A stretch of DNA of 64,000 bases, from positions 98,458,001 through 98,522,000 of the forward strand of contig NC_087437.1 of NCBI RefSeq assembly GCF_036321535.1, read 5' to 3'. How positions within the stretch are numbered: position 1 is the stretch's first letter; each line of letters starts with the position of its first letter. The position numbers and the translations under genes were made by a program. The notes below the pieces were generated by a model, which saw only the letters and a list, made by a program, of their open reading frames with translations, was not told the origin of the DNA and ran no database searches. Positions 50,961 to 64,000 of the stretch are shown piece after piece. This stretch comes from Camelus dromedarius. Taxonomy: Eukaryota.

Positions 50961-53709
50961 TGGGGCAAGGTTTCTTCATCATATTTGATATTTTTTCAAA
51001 CTGACAAGTCATTTCCCTTGTCACTCTTACTCTTCAGTGTTTAGTATGAACTGTACCAGAGCTTGAGGATATTAAGATTAAAAAAGTAATCTCTTAACGC
51101 TAGAGGAAAACAGTCTTTTCTATACAATTAAGAAAAACTGATTTTTAAAAAGAGCAAACCATGAAAAATATACATCTTCTAGAATGAAAAAAAAGTCTTA
51201 AGGACCTGCTGTTCCACAGTTTAGCAAAAGTAAATCAAAAGAGTTTTATACAAAATAATAAGGGAACAAGAGATTAAAGTATTACCCGTTTCCATAAGCA
51301 CATCATTTAGTGTAAATGCAGATGGAAGGTGGAGGGGAAGCTGTTAACAATAAGATTCCACCAGCTCCATTTTCGAGGCCTTAAGGTATTACAGGACTAA
51401 AGAGAACTAAGTTATTTAATTGAAAACAAGATAAGTAATTATCTTCAATTCTTGTTCTAAGAAGGTAGTAATTAGAGTGGATCCCCACTCCTGGGTCAAT
51501 ACTCCCAGCTCACAACCTGATAGAATTCCCAGCTTGATGTTAACAGAATAAATAGAACAATATATCCTCAAATCTGTGGGGGAGGCAAGAAGATGATGGG
51601 GAGGATCTTACTCCTCTAATTGTTGCCTTCAGAGGATGAGAACAGGTAATTTCAGTCAGAGATTCCCACAATTGGAAGCTATAACCCTGAGAGTATCTTT
51701 AAAGGAGAAAAAGCCTCATTAGTGACTTAATCCTGTACTCCCTTCAATTCCCAATATATTGAAGTGTGAAGATGCAAAATGATGGGAAAAAAAACTCTCA
51801 GCTCAAGTAATGTTTTAACCTAAAGGGAATACATTATTTAAAACAAATTCCCAATGATGCCAGAATATGGAGACAACTACTTAGAATACAGAGCACTATA
51901 AAAGAGCAAGAGAAAAGAAAGTGAACATGGCGTATATTTCTCAAAGTCAGAAAGATAAGGATGTATTATCTGGAAGATTAGTCAGGATTTTGTGTTTTGA
52001 TTGTTGGAGAGGAATGGTTTTTAAAGGAAAGAGCTCAATCTTTCTATTGGGCAGTAGAGCGTTTGCATTCCTGGTGCACATTCGAGGTGGTTACATGAAC
52101 TGTAGGTATCAGCGTGACGTATTGAAAAATAACTTGATCCTTCATGAGATCCATACAATGCGACGTACTGAAGAGAGAGGGCCAGATCTCTCATGTTGAG
52201 AGGAGGAAGAGCACAAGCAGGGGGCAGATTTGATTTTAAGAGCCAGAGTGAATATGTACGGAATTGTAACAGTTAAACCTGGAATCTCACAGGACATGGG
52301 GGCAAGAAAGGCTTGAAATGTCACCTAGTTTAACTATCAAATCCTTAAAGAGAGAAGACAGATTTCATGATGGCATGTCATCTAGCTTTTAGGTGACTCT
52401 GGTTCCCCATTTGTATGACTTTCTGTGAAGATCAGTGTGAGAGTGACAAGAAGAGGGAGAAATAAAATAAGAAATTACTTCCGAGAAACACAATTGAATA
52501 TCAGTTAAATTTTCTATGGTTTGGATTAAGAATGCTTAATGCAGGGTTAGCGAGAAGGACTGAGCATTTATAGCCTCATGCACAGAGATTTTAAAGCCTT
52601 CCCTGGATCAAGGAATGTATAGTTATGTCTTTTTAAAAACTGCTTCGGCATCAGAATCAGGAAGCTTGTTGAGTCTTGGTAAAAGCACCAATTCTACTTC
52701 CACTTTTATTCCTCTTCCAATATTTATAAAAGGTACATTCTCATTAGAGGAATTAGGTAGCTAATTCTCTTGGAAAGATTCAGCTGTCACTGAGTAATCC
52801 AATCTCTGCCTGCCCTCCTCACCAGAGCTGCCAGCACCTGGGCTCCGGGATGCTTCAGGCTGCAGTGACAGCTGATGGGAGAATGGTAACAGCTAAGGTG
52901 TCAAGCCATCCCTTCCCCAATCACATTTGCTGTGGGAACGTGCTAACTTGAAAGTCCATGAGTCATTTAAGAACAAGTCTTAGTAGATAGTATAGGTTTC
53001 TGTTCCTCTCGCTAGTCCACTGAAGGGGGAAAATAGTGTTTGTTTTTCACTTAAGACCACCATATTTAACTGATTTTGTGGTCAATGATGCAAAATACCT
53101 TGGGAAAATATCCCAGTGCGTGTATCCTGTTGATGTTCAAACACCAAAGAATGAAGTCAACTGAACAAATGTTTTTAACCCTATATCTAAGGGAGAGAGG
53201 AGAAAATGTTTTCTTCAGTGAAGGATCACAAAACACTACTTTGATATCAGATGTAACAAAAAATAGGTTAGATTTCCAGTGTTTGTGTTTTCTACAGACT
53301 GAAAAAATATCATTCATAGACCAACATTCCCTTTCAACCTGAGCTGAGATGATGCGCATAGGAGGGTTTGGGTAAAATCCACAAATCAGTGGTCTGCAAA
53401 GCACCACTGAAATGAGTAAGCACTGTGGGGACTCAAAACTGTACATGACGCAGTTCCCACTTCCCAGGATCTCCCTAACATACTGAAAAGCCGATTATCT
53501 GTGTCATGTCAAGAAATAGTACCCCAAGAGAGAACAGATTTTACCTAAGTAAAATGATGATTTTGCCATTTCAGAGTATGGTTTTCTAGAATGAGCATTA
53601 GCCTGGGAGTCAGATGCCTCAGTCAGCTCTCGAACACTGACACCTAATAGCTACTCAACATCTCTGTGTTCCCTTTCTGCAAGAAGGCTGACTCTGATTA
53701 TGTATTTTC

Positions 53710-54145
53710 TTTTTTTCTTATTCATTTATTTATTTTTTAATTGAAATATGGTCAGTTTACAATGTTGTCAGTTTCTGGTGTACAGCATGTTTTAGTCATA
53801 CGTATACATACATATATTCATCTTCATATTCTTTTATAGGTTACTACAAGATAGTGAATATAGTTCCCTGTGCTGTACTGAAGACACTTGCTGTTTATCT
53901 ATTTTATATATAGTAGTTAGTATCTGCAAATCTCAAACCCCAGTTTATCCCTTCCCACCCCCTTTCCCCACTGGTAACCGTAAGTTTGTTTTCTATGTCT
54001 GTGAGTCTGTTCATTTTGCAAATAAGTTTGTCTTTTTTTTTTTTTTTAGATTTCACATAAACATATCTCAACATAATAAAAGCTATTTATGACATAAATG
54101 GTGAAATGTTGAAAGCCTTCCCACTAAAATCTGGAAAAAGACACA
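53710..54145 (-). mobile_element. 5'-inverted (twin-primed) L1 insertion with 14-bp TSD
   Basis: A minus-strand 3' end (53710-54060) is joined to a plus-strand ORF2 piece (54061-54145: TYLNIIKAIYDINGEMLKAFPLKSGKR). TSD gattatgtattttc (53696-53709) / gattacgtattttc (54146-54159). Confidence 0.9.
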
Positions 54146-55392
54146 GATTACGTATTTTCAAATTCAAACATTCAGCAATGTATATCTTAAGAATAGGTGC
54201 TATGTTTGTATTAGTGGTTCACAATGCAGTAAACAGGTAAACTTAGTAAATTATTTAAAAATATTATTAAAATTTTGAATTTTAAAAAACAATTTTTTAA
54301 ATAAAAAATCAAAAAAATATTAAAAATTAGTAAACTATTAAAATTATTAAAAATAAAGATTAACATGAATTTAGGTTAACAAAAGAAGTTTCACGTTCTA
54401 AAAGTGCTTTTGGTACTTGCCTTCCCACTAGTGGAATTAGGGCATTTATAAATGAGTATAATTTTATTGTGTTTAAATAAGACAAACTGAACTTCTACAT
54501 GGTACCACTATTTACACATGAGGTGTTTGCATTTTGGTTTATCCTAATGACTTCGTCAATCCCCCAAGAGGTTTTCACCGAAGGCAAGGTTATCTTGCCA
54601 TACTTGATCTGGGGCAATCAGCCATCACAAAACAATTCCTGGTAATAAACATTAGAAGGTGAGGCCGGCAAACAGCTCCAGAATGATAAATAAGGATATC
54701 GTTTTCCAAATAGGAAACAGGAGGAGGTTAATTTAAAATAAACCACTATGAGGTTTCTTACAGAGTTATCATCACCTGCCTTTCAAAAGCAGCGTAATCA
54801 TTACATGCGAGGGCCGTTGTTCATCAGAACATCTTGTTTTCTTGGCTGATTGTTCTCCCCAGGCATAATACTTTTCAACAGATCAATCAGCAGTTTTAAT
54901 CGGCTTTTCAAGACTATTTAACAGGATAATTTGGTCAAATGGCACATGTTATATAAATTGCCCTTCCTTTGCTTCCCCCATCACAGACACACTCGAGAGT
55001 TTCACGCTGACCTGTCCTCACATTCTGGCTCACCCACTTTCTGGGCAAGTTGGGCAAGTTACTTCAAACCTTTGAGTCTCACTTCCCTCCTCTATGGGAC
55101 GAATGTCACGGTTCCTACTCGCTGACTTAATTTAATGTGAGAACAAAGTGTGTTAACATGAATAACAAATCTAACGTTGTGACCAGAAGCCAACAGGAAC
55201 CAAATAAATGCTGCTGACAACTGTCCTAACCCACAAGAGGACTCAGCATCCTAAGTGTCTTGAAAAGACAATGTTCAACCCTGTCTTGCGTATCTGTGTT
55301 CTTTTGAAAGAATAAATGCTGGGTATGTCTTTATACAGAGAATGCATGCATTCCTGAGAAATGAGGGGCGATCTTCTCTCTGCCTAGAAATT

Positions 55393-55757
55393 TGTGTTAA
55401 TTACTTAGTGGCTTAGCCACCGTAACAGGATATTAGACTGGTGGCTGATAAACAACAGGAATTAATTTCTCACAGTTCTGGAGGCTGGGAAGCCCGAGAT
55501 CAGAGTGCCGTCAGAGGCTCTGCCTGGTGGGAGCCCACTTCCTGGCTCCTCGATGTCATTTTCTCCCGGGGTCCTCACATGGCAGAAGGGGAGGGAGCTC
55601 TCTGGGTCTCTTTTATAAGAGCACTAATTCCGTTCTTGAGGCTTCCGCTCCCAGGACCGGTTCACTTTCCAAAGACCCACCTCGTGGCACAGTCACATTA
55701 GGGGTTAGGATTTTAATATATGAATTTTGGTAGGTCATAAACATTCAGTCTCTCGCA
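55393..55757 (-). mobile_element. MLT1A0/B-type MaLR solo LTR
   Basis: aaacaacag.aatt.atttctcacagttctggaggctgggaag.cc.agatca..gtcctcacatggcagaagggg..tcttttataag.gcactaat..cacatt.ggggttagga...aa.atatgaattttg..aaacattcagtc. Confidence 0.9.
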
Positions 55758-56148
55758 CTCAGTTACATTAAAGATGAGAGAAGTCTTCTTTAGAGTGGGA
55801 GGGAATCAGCTCGCACCTTGACTCTTTACCTCTCTGGCGGAACCATTTCATCTGATCGCTCACAGCTGTGCTACTTGGTTGGGTTGTTTGTTGACCTCAT
55901 TGCATAGAATGAAGAAAAGCATGGGGCGGTGGGAGCAGAGAAGACCGATGAGTGGGACTGAAGCAGGTGGTTGTGGCCCAGACGGAACAGGTAAGGACAA
56001 GTGACGAGGAGCTGGAGTCCGTTAGGGGCCCCGGATCAAAGCTAGCACAGGCAAGGGGTGAGCTCTGGAATACGGCTGTTCAGGAGACAGAAAATGGGTA
56101 AGAGCAGGAGGCTTCCACGAGCCACTTACACAGAACTGAGATGCTTCA

Positions 56149-56250
56149 CATAGGATGCCTGGTTTTTAGGTTTTTCTGGGACAGTGGGATTTTCCAGATG
56201 TGGGACTCTTAGTCCCAAAACTGAAACAATCCCAGGCACCTAGTTCAGGC
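56149..56250. mobile_element. MER96B-like hAT MITE fragment
   Basis: ttttctgggacagtggga..tgtgggact.ttagt.ccaaaactgaaacaatcccaggca resembles MER96-family motifs. Confidence 0.45.
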
Positions 56251-57837
56251 TCACTGGTAGTAAATGGCAAAGGAAATAGTGGCTCTGAGACTTTATAAGA
56301 AATTTTATGATTCACAACTACTGGATTATATGTCACATATACCAAATTGGAATTTAGTTTCAAGATACAAGATTAGGCACTATATAAATTATTTTTAAGT
56401 TGTTTTAAATTTTATTCTATCTACAGCATGCATTCATTAATTTTATTTTTTTTTAAATCTAGCTTGTGAATAAGAAAATGGAAATATTTTTAATAGGAAC
56501 AAACAAAAAATTGCTAAATAACAGTAAATCTGGTTTACAGCTAACACCTTAATGCCATCACTTAAAATTAGTTTTCAAATGTTCTTAATTTGTATGTGTG
56601 TTAAAAGCTCTCAAATTTCAAAATTTTTGCTTTTTTTCCTAAGTAGCATGGCAAATAAAAAATTTCTGAGTTTCTTTTAAGAAACAAAACATTAACTTTG
56701 ATTTCCAGAAGCGAACCGTATTTCAGGTTTATTTACAATAAAAATACTAAGCATTAATTACAGACTTTACACTTTTCAAAAGCCAATACTTATTCCAGAA
56801 TATGTATGCTATCAAGCCTCTGTTGCAAAAAGCAATGAGACAGCTAATTAATAACATGTGTTTATAGCACAGTAAATTTTTAAGTCAAATTTTAAATTGT
56901 GGAATTTAATTAGCTATTAATCTGCATCCCTTTCTGTTAGAAAAAAATGCATTGAAAGTACATGGTTTTCAAGATGTAGCAGGAGACACAGATGCTAAAG
57001 AAGTAAATCCTTATACAGTAAGTTATTAAACTGAAGGAAATCCTGGCATCGCTCAACAGCGCATCTATTGGAACCAACGTCAGTCTGTGGTGAGTCCTGG
57101 GTGGTACCAGAAAGATGCAGCTTAAGTCCAATAATAAATACTCAGCCCTCAGGACAGTGTCTGCACAGAGTGAACTCAATAAATATTCGTGGCAATGATT
57201 ATTTAACAATTCTTCTCAATTAACCAGCACCAGGATCCTCGATACTCTAGCTTATCCCCCTAATAATTATTAATTCCATCATCTGTCAGCAAATGGGTTG
57301 GAAAGGTAAGTAGTAAAAGAGAGAGAAGGCAAAACTAAAAAAAAAAAAAAAAAAATTGTATATTTTGTAAATTATTAGCAAACCCTTATAAAGACAGAGA
57401 GGGATTAGGGTGACCAAAATGGTTAAAATCATGAGTAAAAGGGGTTTTTTATACACCTCTCAATGCCATTCTTTACTCTTTTAGCCCTCTTTAATCAAGA
57501 ACTGACTGCAGTGACATTTTTGATGGTAGGAAATGTTGAGAGAAGTAAAAGGTGTGTGTGGTTTTCTGCTTCACTTAGTTGTCAAGAGAGTTGCGACAAA
57601 AAGAACCATTTAAAACTGAGAAATGGAGCAGGAGGCCCTACTCTGAAGAACACAGTACTTTCAATGTTTCATGAATATTATGAGTCACAGGAACAGCTAC
57701 CCAAGGGGCTTCTTTCTTGAAGACTGAAAAATTACGGGCAAAAGGAACTAGAAAAATAAAAGGGTAGGACCATCTTTCCTCCTCTGACGGCTGGCCTTTG
57801 CACCCCCTTACACAGCCTTGCTCGTGGTGTTCTAAAT

Positions 57838-57997
57838 CAGTGCTTCTCAAACTTTAATGTGCATATAAACCACCTGGGGAATCATGTTAAAATGCACGTG
57901 CCCATTTTGTAAACCTGGATGGTAGCCCGAGAGTCTGCATTTTTAACACACTCCCAAGCAATGCTGACAGTCTGAGGGCTACACTTTGAGTAACAGA
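57838..57997. mobile_element. MER5A/B hAT-Charlie DNA transposon
   Basis: CAGTGCTTCTCAAACTTTAATGTGCATA..cacctgggga..tgttaaaatgca..gagtctgcatttttaac..ctccca..atgctga..cacactttgagtaac. Confidence 0.85.
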
Positions 57998-58652
57998 CCT
58001 CGATTTTACTTCCTTTTTAGTGTCTGTCCCTTGGTGATTGTGCATTCTGTACTCTTCACGACAGCCTCAATTTTATTGCTATTTCATTATTTTTTTTATC
58101 AGTCAATTAGTTAACTAAATTGATTTAATTTTTGTCTTTTTTGGGAGGCTGTTCATATAAAAGATTTTCTTTATCAGACAATATCATATCAAGGTTATTT
58201 GGGCTTTGGATAAACTAGACCCATCAGAAGTGATCTAGCAGACATTTCTTCCCTCTTCTTTTGAGACTTCCCGTTTCAGTCCAGTACCTCTTTTTGCCTA
58301 ACAACTTGGCTAGAACCAAGAAACCATTATTTTCTACTAGTCAAGGCAAAAATGAGTCATCTGTGAAGGAAGAAATGCTGGGATGGGCCAGACCCCTGGG
58401 CTAGGTCTGCGAAGAAGGGAGAATGTGACTTAGGAAGCATTTTTGATGGTCATTCTTGGCTTTCTTCTCTATTAAAAAACAAATTTGCTGAAAATCTCTT
58501 CTCTGGTGTCTAGGCTCCAAGCTCTAAATCTTGGTCTAATGCGTTGATGCAGTTTCACTGTGCTCAGGAGAACAGAGTTGTTTTCTTGCTCTGTCACCTA
58601 CTAGCTGTTCGACATGGGTCCAAGTGCTTTACTTCACCTTTTTGAGCTTCTG

Positions 58653-58807
58653 TTTTCTTTTTCTTTTCTTTTCTTTTCTTTTCTTTTCTTTTCTTTTCTT
58701 TTCTTTTCTTTTCTTTTCTTTTCTTTTCTTTCCTTTCCTTTTCTTTCCTTTTCTTTCCTTTTCTTTTCTTTTCTTTTCTTTTCTTTCTTCTTCTTCTTCT
58801 TTTTTTT
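58653..58807. repeat. (TTTTC)n pentanucleotide / polypyrimidine tract
   Basis: About 155 nt of T/C only, mostly TTTTC with TTTCC and TTC variants; it explains the F/S/L-rich ORFs. Confidence 0.95.
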
Positions 58808-61800
58808 AAATGAGGTTAGGGAAGCTCCAAGTTTAAAAAGGAAGTATGTCCACCAAAGATTATCAGAAACCAGGATTCTCTAGGCCATATATGGATTCCT
58901 GATAACAATATTTTAAAATTTGCAGTAATATGTCTCTATTTAGAGTTAACTCTTAGGCTGAACGCTACTTTTGGGACTCACCTTAGAATTTTTGTCTTCA
59001 AAATTCATCTCAATGAAGAGAATTAACATTTTTTAGTATGATGACTGAAGTCTTATTTCCAGATTCTAAATCACTGAGATAGATAAGATAGAAATGTGAA
59101 ACTAAGATAATATTTACCACCTCATTAAAAGTGATGAACAGCAATTGCATGGGCATATATGTTAGTCTGGTTTCTCTGAGACCTGAGTAACTGTTCAATG
59201 AATGAATGAATAAATGAACAAATTAATAAAATCATGGACAAAGCTTGTAACAGAAGATAAAGTCTTTAATACCTAAGTTGAAGCAGAAGCACTATAATCT
59301 TTCTCCAGCATTCGAATTCCTTTCAATTTATAATTTTTTAAAGTGACAGTGTTTCAAAGCTTTAGAAAAGTTCAAATTCTCGGCAGGAACACAACACATT
59401 ACTATGCAAAAGGTGAAAATTAAAGATTTACAACTACCTCTTTAAAGCACTTTTATGAAAGTTTTTTAAAGTGCATGTTGAAGAGAAGAAATATTGATAT
59501 AAACACCACAGTGAACCTCAAAAATACTTGAGTCCCTTAACTCCATAATCATCTTCGAACAACACCAACCAGATGGAAAACCACAATCCCCCATAAACAC
59601 AAACTTTCTCCTCCCTACTCTCCATCAGATTCATGAATTCAGACTGATAATTTCAGGTCACAGTCATTTAAAAATAAGTGTATGAGGACCTGTCATTTTG
59701 GGTCTTCCACAGTACCATGAAACATGGATATCTGGGTTTGATTATAAGTCAACGATTATTCCAGGAAGCAGTCGAGAGCTGTTTCAACTTTGAAGTTTTC
59801 AAAGTGTGAAAGAAAATCCAGGAAATGAAACTTGCTTGAAGATTCCATTGCCTTTTTCTAACACTGATTTCTAGAAGAGAATTGCTAAAATATGTTGTTT
59901 GCAAAAGTCCTAATTAGAGGACCATCTTTAATAGCTGCATCTCCTAGACATTAAACAAATCTGATGAAGGAATTAAGCAGAATCTGTAAGTTTTGAAATG
60001 GGTGTCGTAATGGGGAAAAAGCTTTCCATCCAGTAACCCTACTTTCAGATTATATTTGAAAAGGAGTTTTCCAACTAAAACCATGTGGATTGTGCACAAT
60101 AGACTATATACAGATAATTTGTCCCTCGTCTTATATCAACTATACCTTTTTCATCCATAAGCTCAGCTCCTAGGTAAGAAAGAAAATATTCTACTTAAAA
60201 AATATGGAGGTCTTTGCCTTGGATAGACTCTCTTTTTGTAGGCTATCCAAGAGAGAAAAAATGAATTCTACAAACACTAACTTTAGTCTTACAGTTTTTT
60301 TAGTCATTCAGTTTTCTAAAATCACGTGTGCAGCAGTCTTTTTCATACAATGTCATATACTTAGTAATAAAGCATTACTAGATAGAAGGAATACGTAAAG
60401 AGAATTTAATTATTATTTTACTGTCCATGAATTAATAATAGAAGCATTATTTTTCTCATTGCATTTCTAATGAGTGAAGACTGACAACCCTTTCTGAACA
60501 CAAATTCCAGTAACTCAGAACCCTGATGTGAATGAAGAATTTTAAATATTTCCTACACTTAGGAATTGCTCTTTCAAAAAGACTGTCATTATTGAAGAAA
60601 TTAAAGATAATTGTAAATGTGCATATGTAACCTTTAAGGAAAAAAGTAAAATATCTAGGTCATAAAATAAATCATCTGATATTTTGTTTGTTTGCTTTTA
60701 CCAAATGGTTATAATTTTCCTCTTGCTACCGTGAACATTCTGCTACTCAAATTTCTGTTGGTAAACATACTTTATTAACCAAAATTTATCTCCTCTGCTC
60801 CTCCTCCTGCCATGTTTACAATGTTATAGTACAATATTTAATAAAGGCCCTAAGATAAAAATAAGACATTTATTTTCTGAAACATCAAGAGATTAATTAT
60901 GTCATAGATTATCTGCCTCACTTAAATTAACTCTCAGTTGGCTAAGACATTTGAGAAAACAGAATCTAAATCTTAATCTTACTAATAAAATGTACTTAGT
61001 ATGTAGTCGATACATAAAAAATGTAAGGAAAATTCACAGAATTATAGAAAAGATACCTAAAATCAGGTGGGAAGATAACAAAATAAATAAATGTTAGTGG
61101 GTCTCTCAAGCCTGTACATGTATTTATTAATTTAAATACTTATAAATTGTTTAATTTGTGAGAATTAAATAAGAATTAGGAGATTTAAAAGCTAAAACCT
61201 AGAGGTAGAGGAGTCTAGAGAATAAGTCCAATCTCCTCATTTGCCAGATGAGAAAACCAAAGCCCAGAGGTTAGGTGGTTAGGCTGGGACCCATATCTGA
61301 GCCTGATTTCCCACTCAATGTATTTTTCATAACAGAACATAAAAGAATATATAAAATGTAGGCTAAGGTTAAGCATGTCTAAAGCTAGTCAGGGATGGCG
61401 GCTACTAACATTTAAAGAACCATTATTCTAGACACTTGTGTGTCCATTGGGTTTGATCTCATACCACTCTTATGAGGAAGGTACCATGCTTGGTTTAGAG
61501 ATAAAAGAACTGGATCTCGGCGAGGTCATCCTGACCCTAAGGTCTATGCGTTTCCACTTTACTTGCCCCGGACACAGGCTGATCCTATTTCTCTGGCCAC
61601 TGATTGACTTCTCAATGGCCATTTAGCTCGTGCACCCTTTCAATAAATGTATACCAAGCCCCTTCCTTGTGTCAAAACCCCTCCTGGGAGTTGGGTGTGC
61701 ATTGATGAGCAAAAGAAGTTTGACCCCCTGCCCTCAGGGATCCAGTGGACAAAGGGACCAACTCTACTATTTCCTAACCCAAGAGATTCTCTTTCACTTA

Positions 61801-63569
61801 TCACCAGGCCTGGGTATCCCCACTTCAAACCACTTTTTGGAAACTCTGTTAATGATCAGATCCTCAGTAAAGTCACTTGAAAGCTTATATTAGCCTTTCA
61901 TATTCTACTTCTCCTCTGAAAGATTATTAATGTAAATGTTTTCAATAACAGTTGGCAAACACATTTTACACAGTGGTTTTCCACAGTATGGAATACCAAA
62001 TTTTCAAAATTGCTTCAGAATTAAATGCATTCTCAAAATTTTACATTTTCAAGGATCCATTAATTTAAATACACTGGAATTTAAGCATAGCGCAATACTT
62101 TTTAAAAGCTGAGTTTATTTTTAGACTCTCTTTAATAGGGATCAATTAGGGAAAAAAGTGGTCATAAAGCAGAGACCACAGGAATCCTGTTATATCAAAG
62201 TGACAGTATAATGCCTGAAACACCAATTCTGAAAATGTAAACCAGTATTATATCATAATCTGTGAATAAAATAAGAGAGTACTGAAAAGAATAAGTAAGC
62301 TTGGTACATGGTTTTGTCCAGGCATTTTATGAAAATCCATGGTGAAATTCACATGCATAACTTGGTTGTGTGTTTGAAAACAGTGCTCATCATTCTAACA
62401 CCAATCAGGCACGTATATGTGCAGCCCAGGCAAGAATGATGCCTGTCAGAGAGGCCTGTCTACACTGCCTAGATGAGACTGGCCCTTGATTTGCAGTCAC
62501 AGCTGCTAATGGCCACACATTCAACTATTTTCAACCCTTCCACTTAGATTCACATTCTTCTCTGCTCTGATGCTTTAAAAAAAAAAATGCCAGAATGCTT
62601 GCCTGCCTCCACTGTGTCCTGGCAGGTCATCATTCTCCAGACTGATCTACATTTGAGCTTAGGCATGTCATCACAGGTTTGTGGGAGAGTCTGAAATCTT
62701 CAGAAATGTGATTATTGTATTTTGAAGCACACATGTGGGATGTCATGCACAAGACTATAGATCACTTTGAAGAGTTAGCACTGTGTCCCAGAGTGATGAT
62801 AAATCCCTAGAAGATGGTGCACCTGCACATGACAAAGATTCTCCATGATATTACAGAAATGAAAAGTGCCACCCACCAACGCTCTGTCCCGTGATGTGCT
62901 GACGAAGAAACACAGTGATACCTCAATTCACAAATCTGGACAAACCATGTGGAAAATGTGCCTGCATGAGGGAAAGTTCTGGTTTCTTCAGTGCTTTCGT
63001 GGCAGCTGAACCAGCTCAAGCATTTCTTCTGTAAAGCCTTCCCTGACCCACAAAAATGAGTTGATCTCTTCCTCCTTGGACTTTTAGATATGCCTCTATT
63101 ATTGCACAAATTTGTGCTTCCCTTCTCTACTAGACTCTTAGCTCTTTGAATATGAGATCTGTTTCTTTGACTCTCTAGCACGCTGCGTGGTGGCTAGCAT
63201 AAAATTTCTATTGAATGAACATGGATGGTTGGATGGATGGAGAGAAGAAAATAAGACTCAGACTCTTGGCTGGCCCCAGGCCTGCTGAACTTGAGCCAAT
63301 GTAGCCACTATAGGGTAAGTCCTATAGTTAAGTCAACCTGGAGAGTGAAAAAGGAAGAAGAGACGTCTTAGCAGTAGTCACATGGCATCTGTGTCATCTG
63401 ATGTGAGGATCTACAAAGAGAGAAGAAGCATCTTACATTTTAACCAAAACTCTTTGGGATTAACTCCCTTCCTGATATGAAAAGAAAAGAGGAGATTATT
63501 ACTCTGACAAGACCCAGGGAAGAAGGTAAACAAGAATGGTCTAAAAAATAATAGGAACTTTGAAATTTG

Positions 63570-63780
63570 ACAAACTTGGCGACCAACTAGACTTTAGCCA
63601 ATTACTAATTAGCTGGATGATTTTGGACAAATTGTTTGGTTTCACTGAATCCCTGGTTCTTCATTTAGAAACTAAAAATCATAATATCAACCTTGTGGTG
63701 TGGATATAAAAATTCGAAAGAGCATATGTAGAGTGCCTGACACAGAGAGACACTCAATAAATATTTTTCTTTACAATCAT
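63570..63780 (+). mobile_element. MIR SINE
   Basis: ccaattactaattagctggatgattttggacaa.ttg.tt..ttcactgaatc.ctggttcttcatt..aaa..gtagagtgcctgacacag..actcaataaat. Confidence 0.7.
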
Positions 63781-64000
63781 TATGCAAGAGTTATATGATA
63801 AAGTCTTTATGTTAATATCATTGAAAGTTTTCTCGGTTAATTGAGATTTAGCTGTAGGAAAAAAGTTCCGTTTAAAGGAGATATTTATTTAGCACCTACC
63901 ATCAGGCACAGTACTGTGGGAAGAAGGCCTGTATATTCTTTGTAAATTGTCAGATAAAGTGAGATGGCCACAAAAAGGTCCATACCTGGAGGACTGAGCC

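Larger units (their letters stand above)
22340..64000 (+). other. CSRNP3: 5' part (non-coding exons 1-2 and introns) of a large Pol II gene continuing beyond the window; tentatively CSRNP3
   Basis: Seen: promoter-like block, donor AG|GTGGGT at 22401/22402, a 171-nt exon with strong splice sites at 49694-49864, and no coding exons. The gene name comes from my unverified recollection that CSRNP3 has a very short non-coding first exon and a ~170-nt non-coding second exon a few tens of kb downstream. Needs BLAST/synteny confirmation. Confidence 0.45.

Noticed and set aside
58614..58883. Phe/Ser/Leu-rich membrane-like ORFs
   Set aside because: They are translations of the (TTTTC)n repeat.
1..64000. 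CRISPR array, operon, or other prokaryote-type or novel multi-gene system
   Set aside because: No repeat-spacer arrays or dense long ORFs; the content is typical mammalian intergenic/intronic DNA, and the tandem repeats found are simple duplications without spacers.

Overview
This is mammalian (placental) genomic DNA, very probably camelid: it carries a tRNA-Ala-derived SINE matching my recollection of the camelid Vic-1 family, plus several Cetartiodactyla-type L1 3' ends. No protein-coding exon can be supported; the supplied ORFs fall in repeats, low-complexity tracts or non-coding sequence. The first ~21 kb looks intergenic. A promoter-like block at ~21.4-23.8 kb contains a short + strand exon (donor at 22401/22402), and a well-bounded 171-nt exon lies 27 kb downstream (49694-49864). 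Together they look like the non-coding 5' exons of a large gene, tentatively CSRNP3, from recollection of its exon architecture and not verified. The rest is intronic and filled with MIR, L2, MLT1 LTRs, hAT-Charlie DNA transposons, L1 fragments and microsatellites. The most notable details are uORFs in both candidate exons, a CpG- and palindrome-rich element at ~6.4-6.8 kb with an F2-type ER6 nuclear-receptor site, a TSD-mediated tandem duplication of a tiny L1 insertion, a 5'-inverted L1 with a large internal gap, and a perfect 64-bp duplication inside an old LTR. I see no evidence for a novel multi-gene system.
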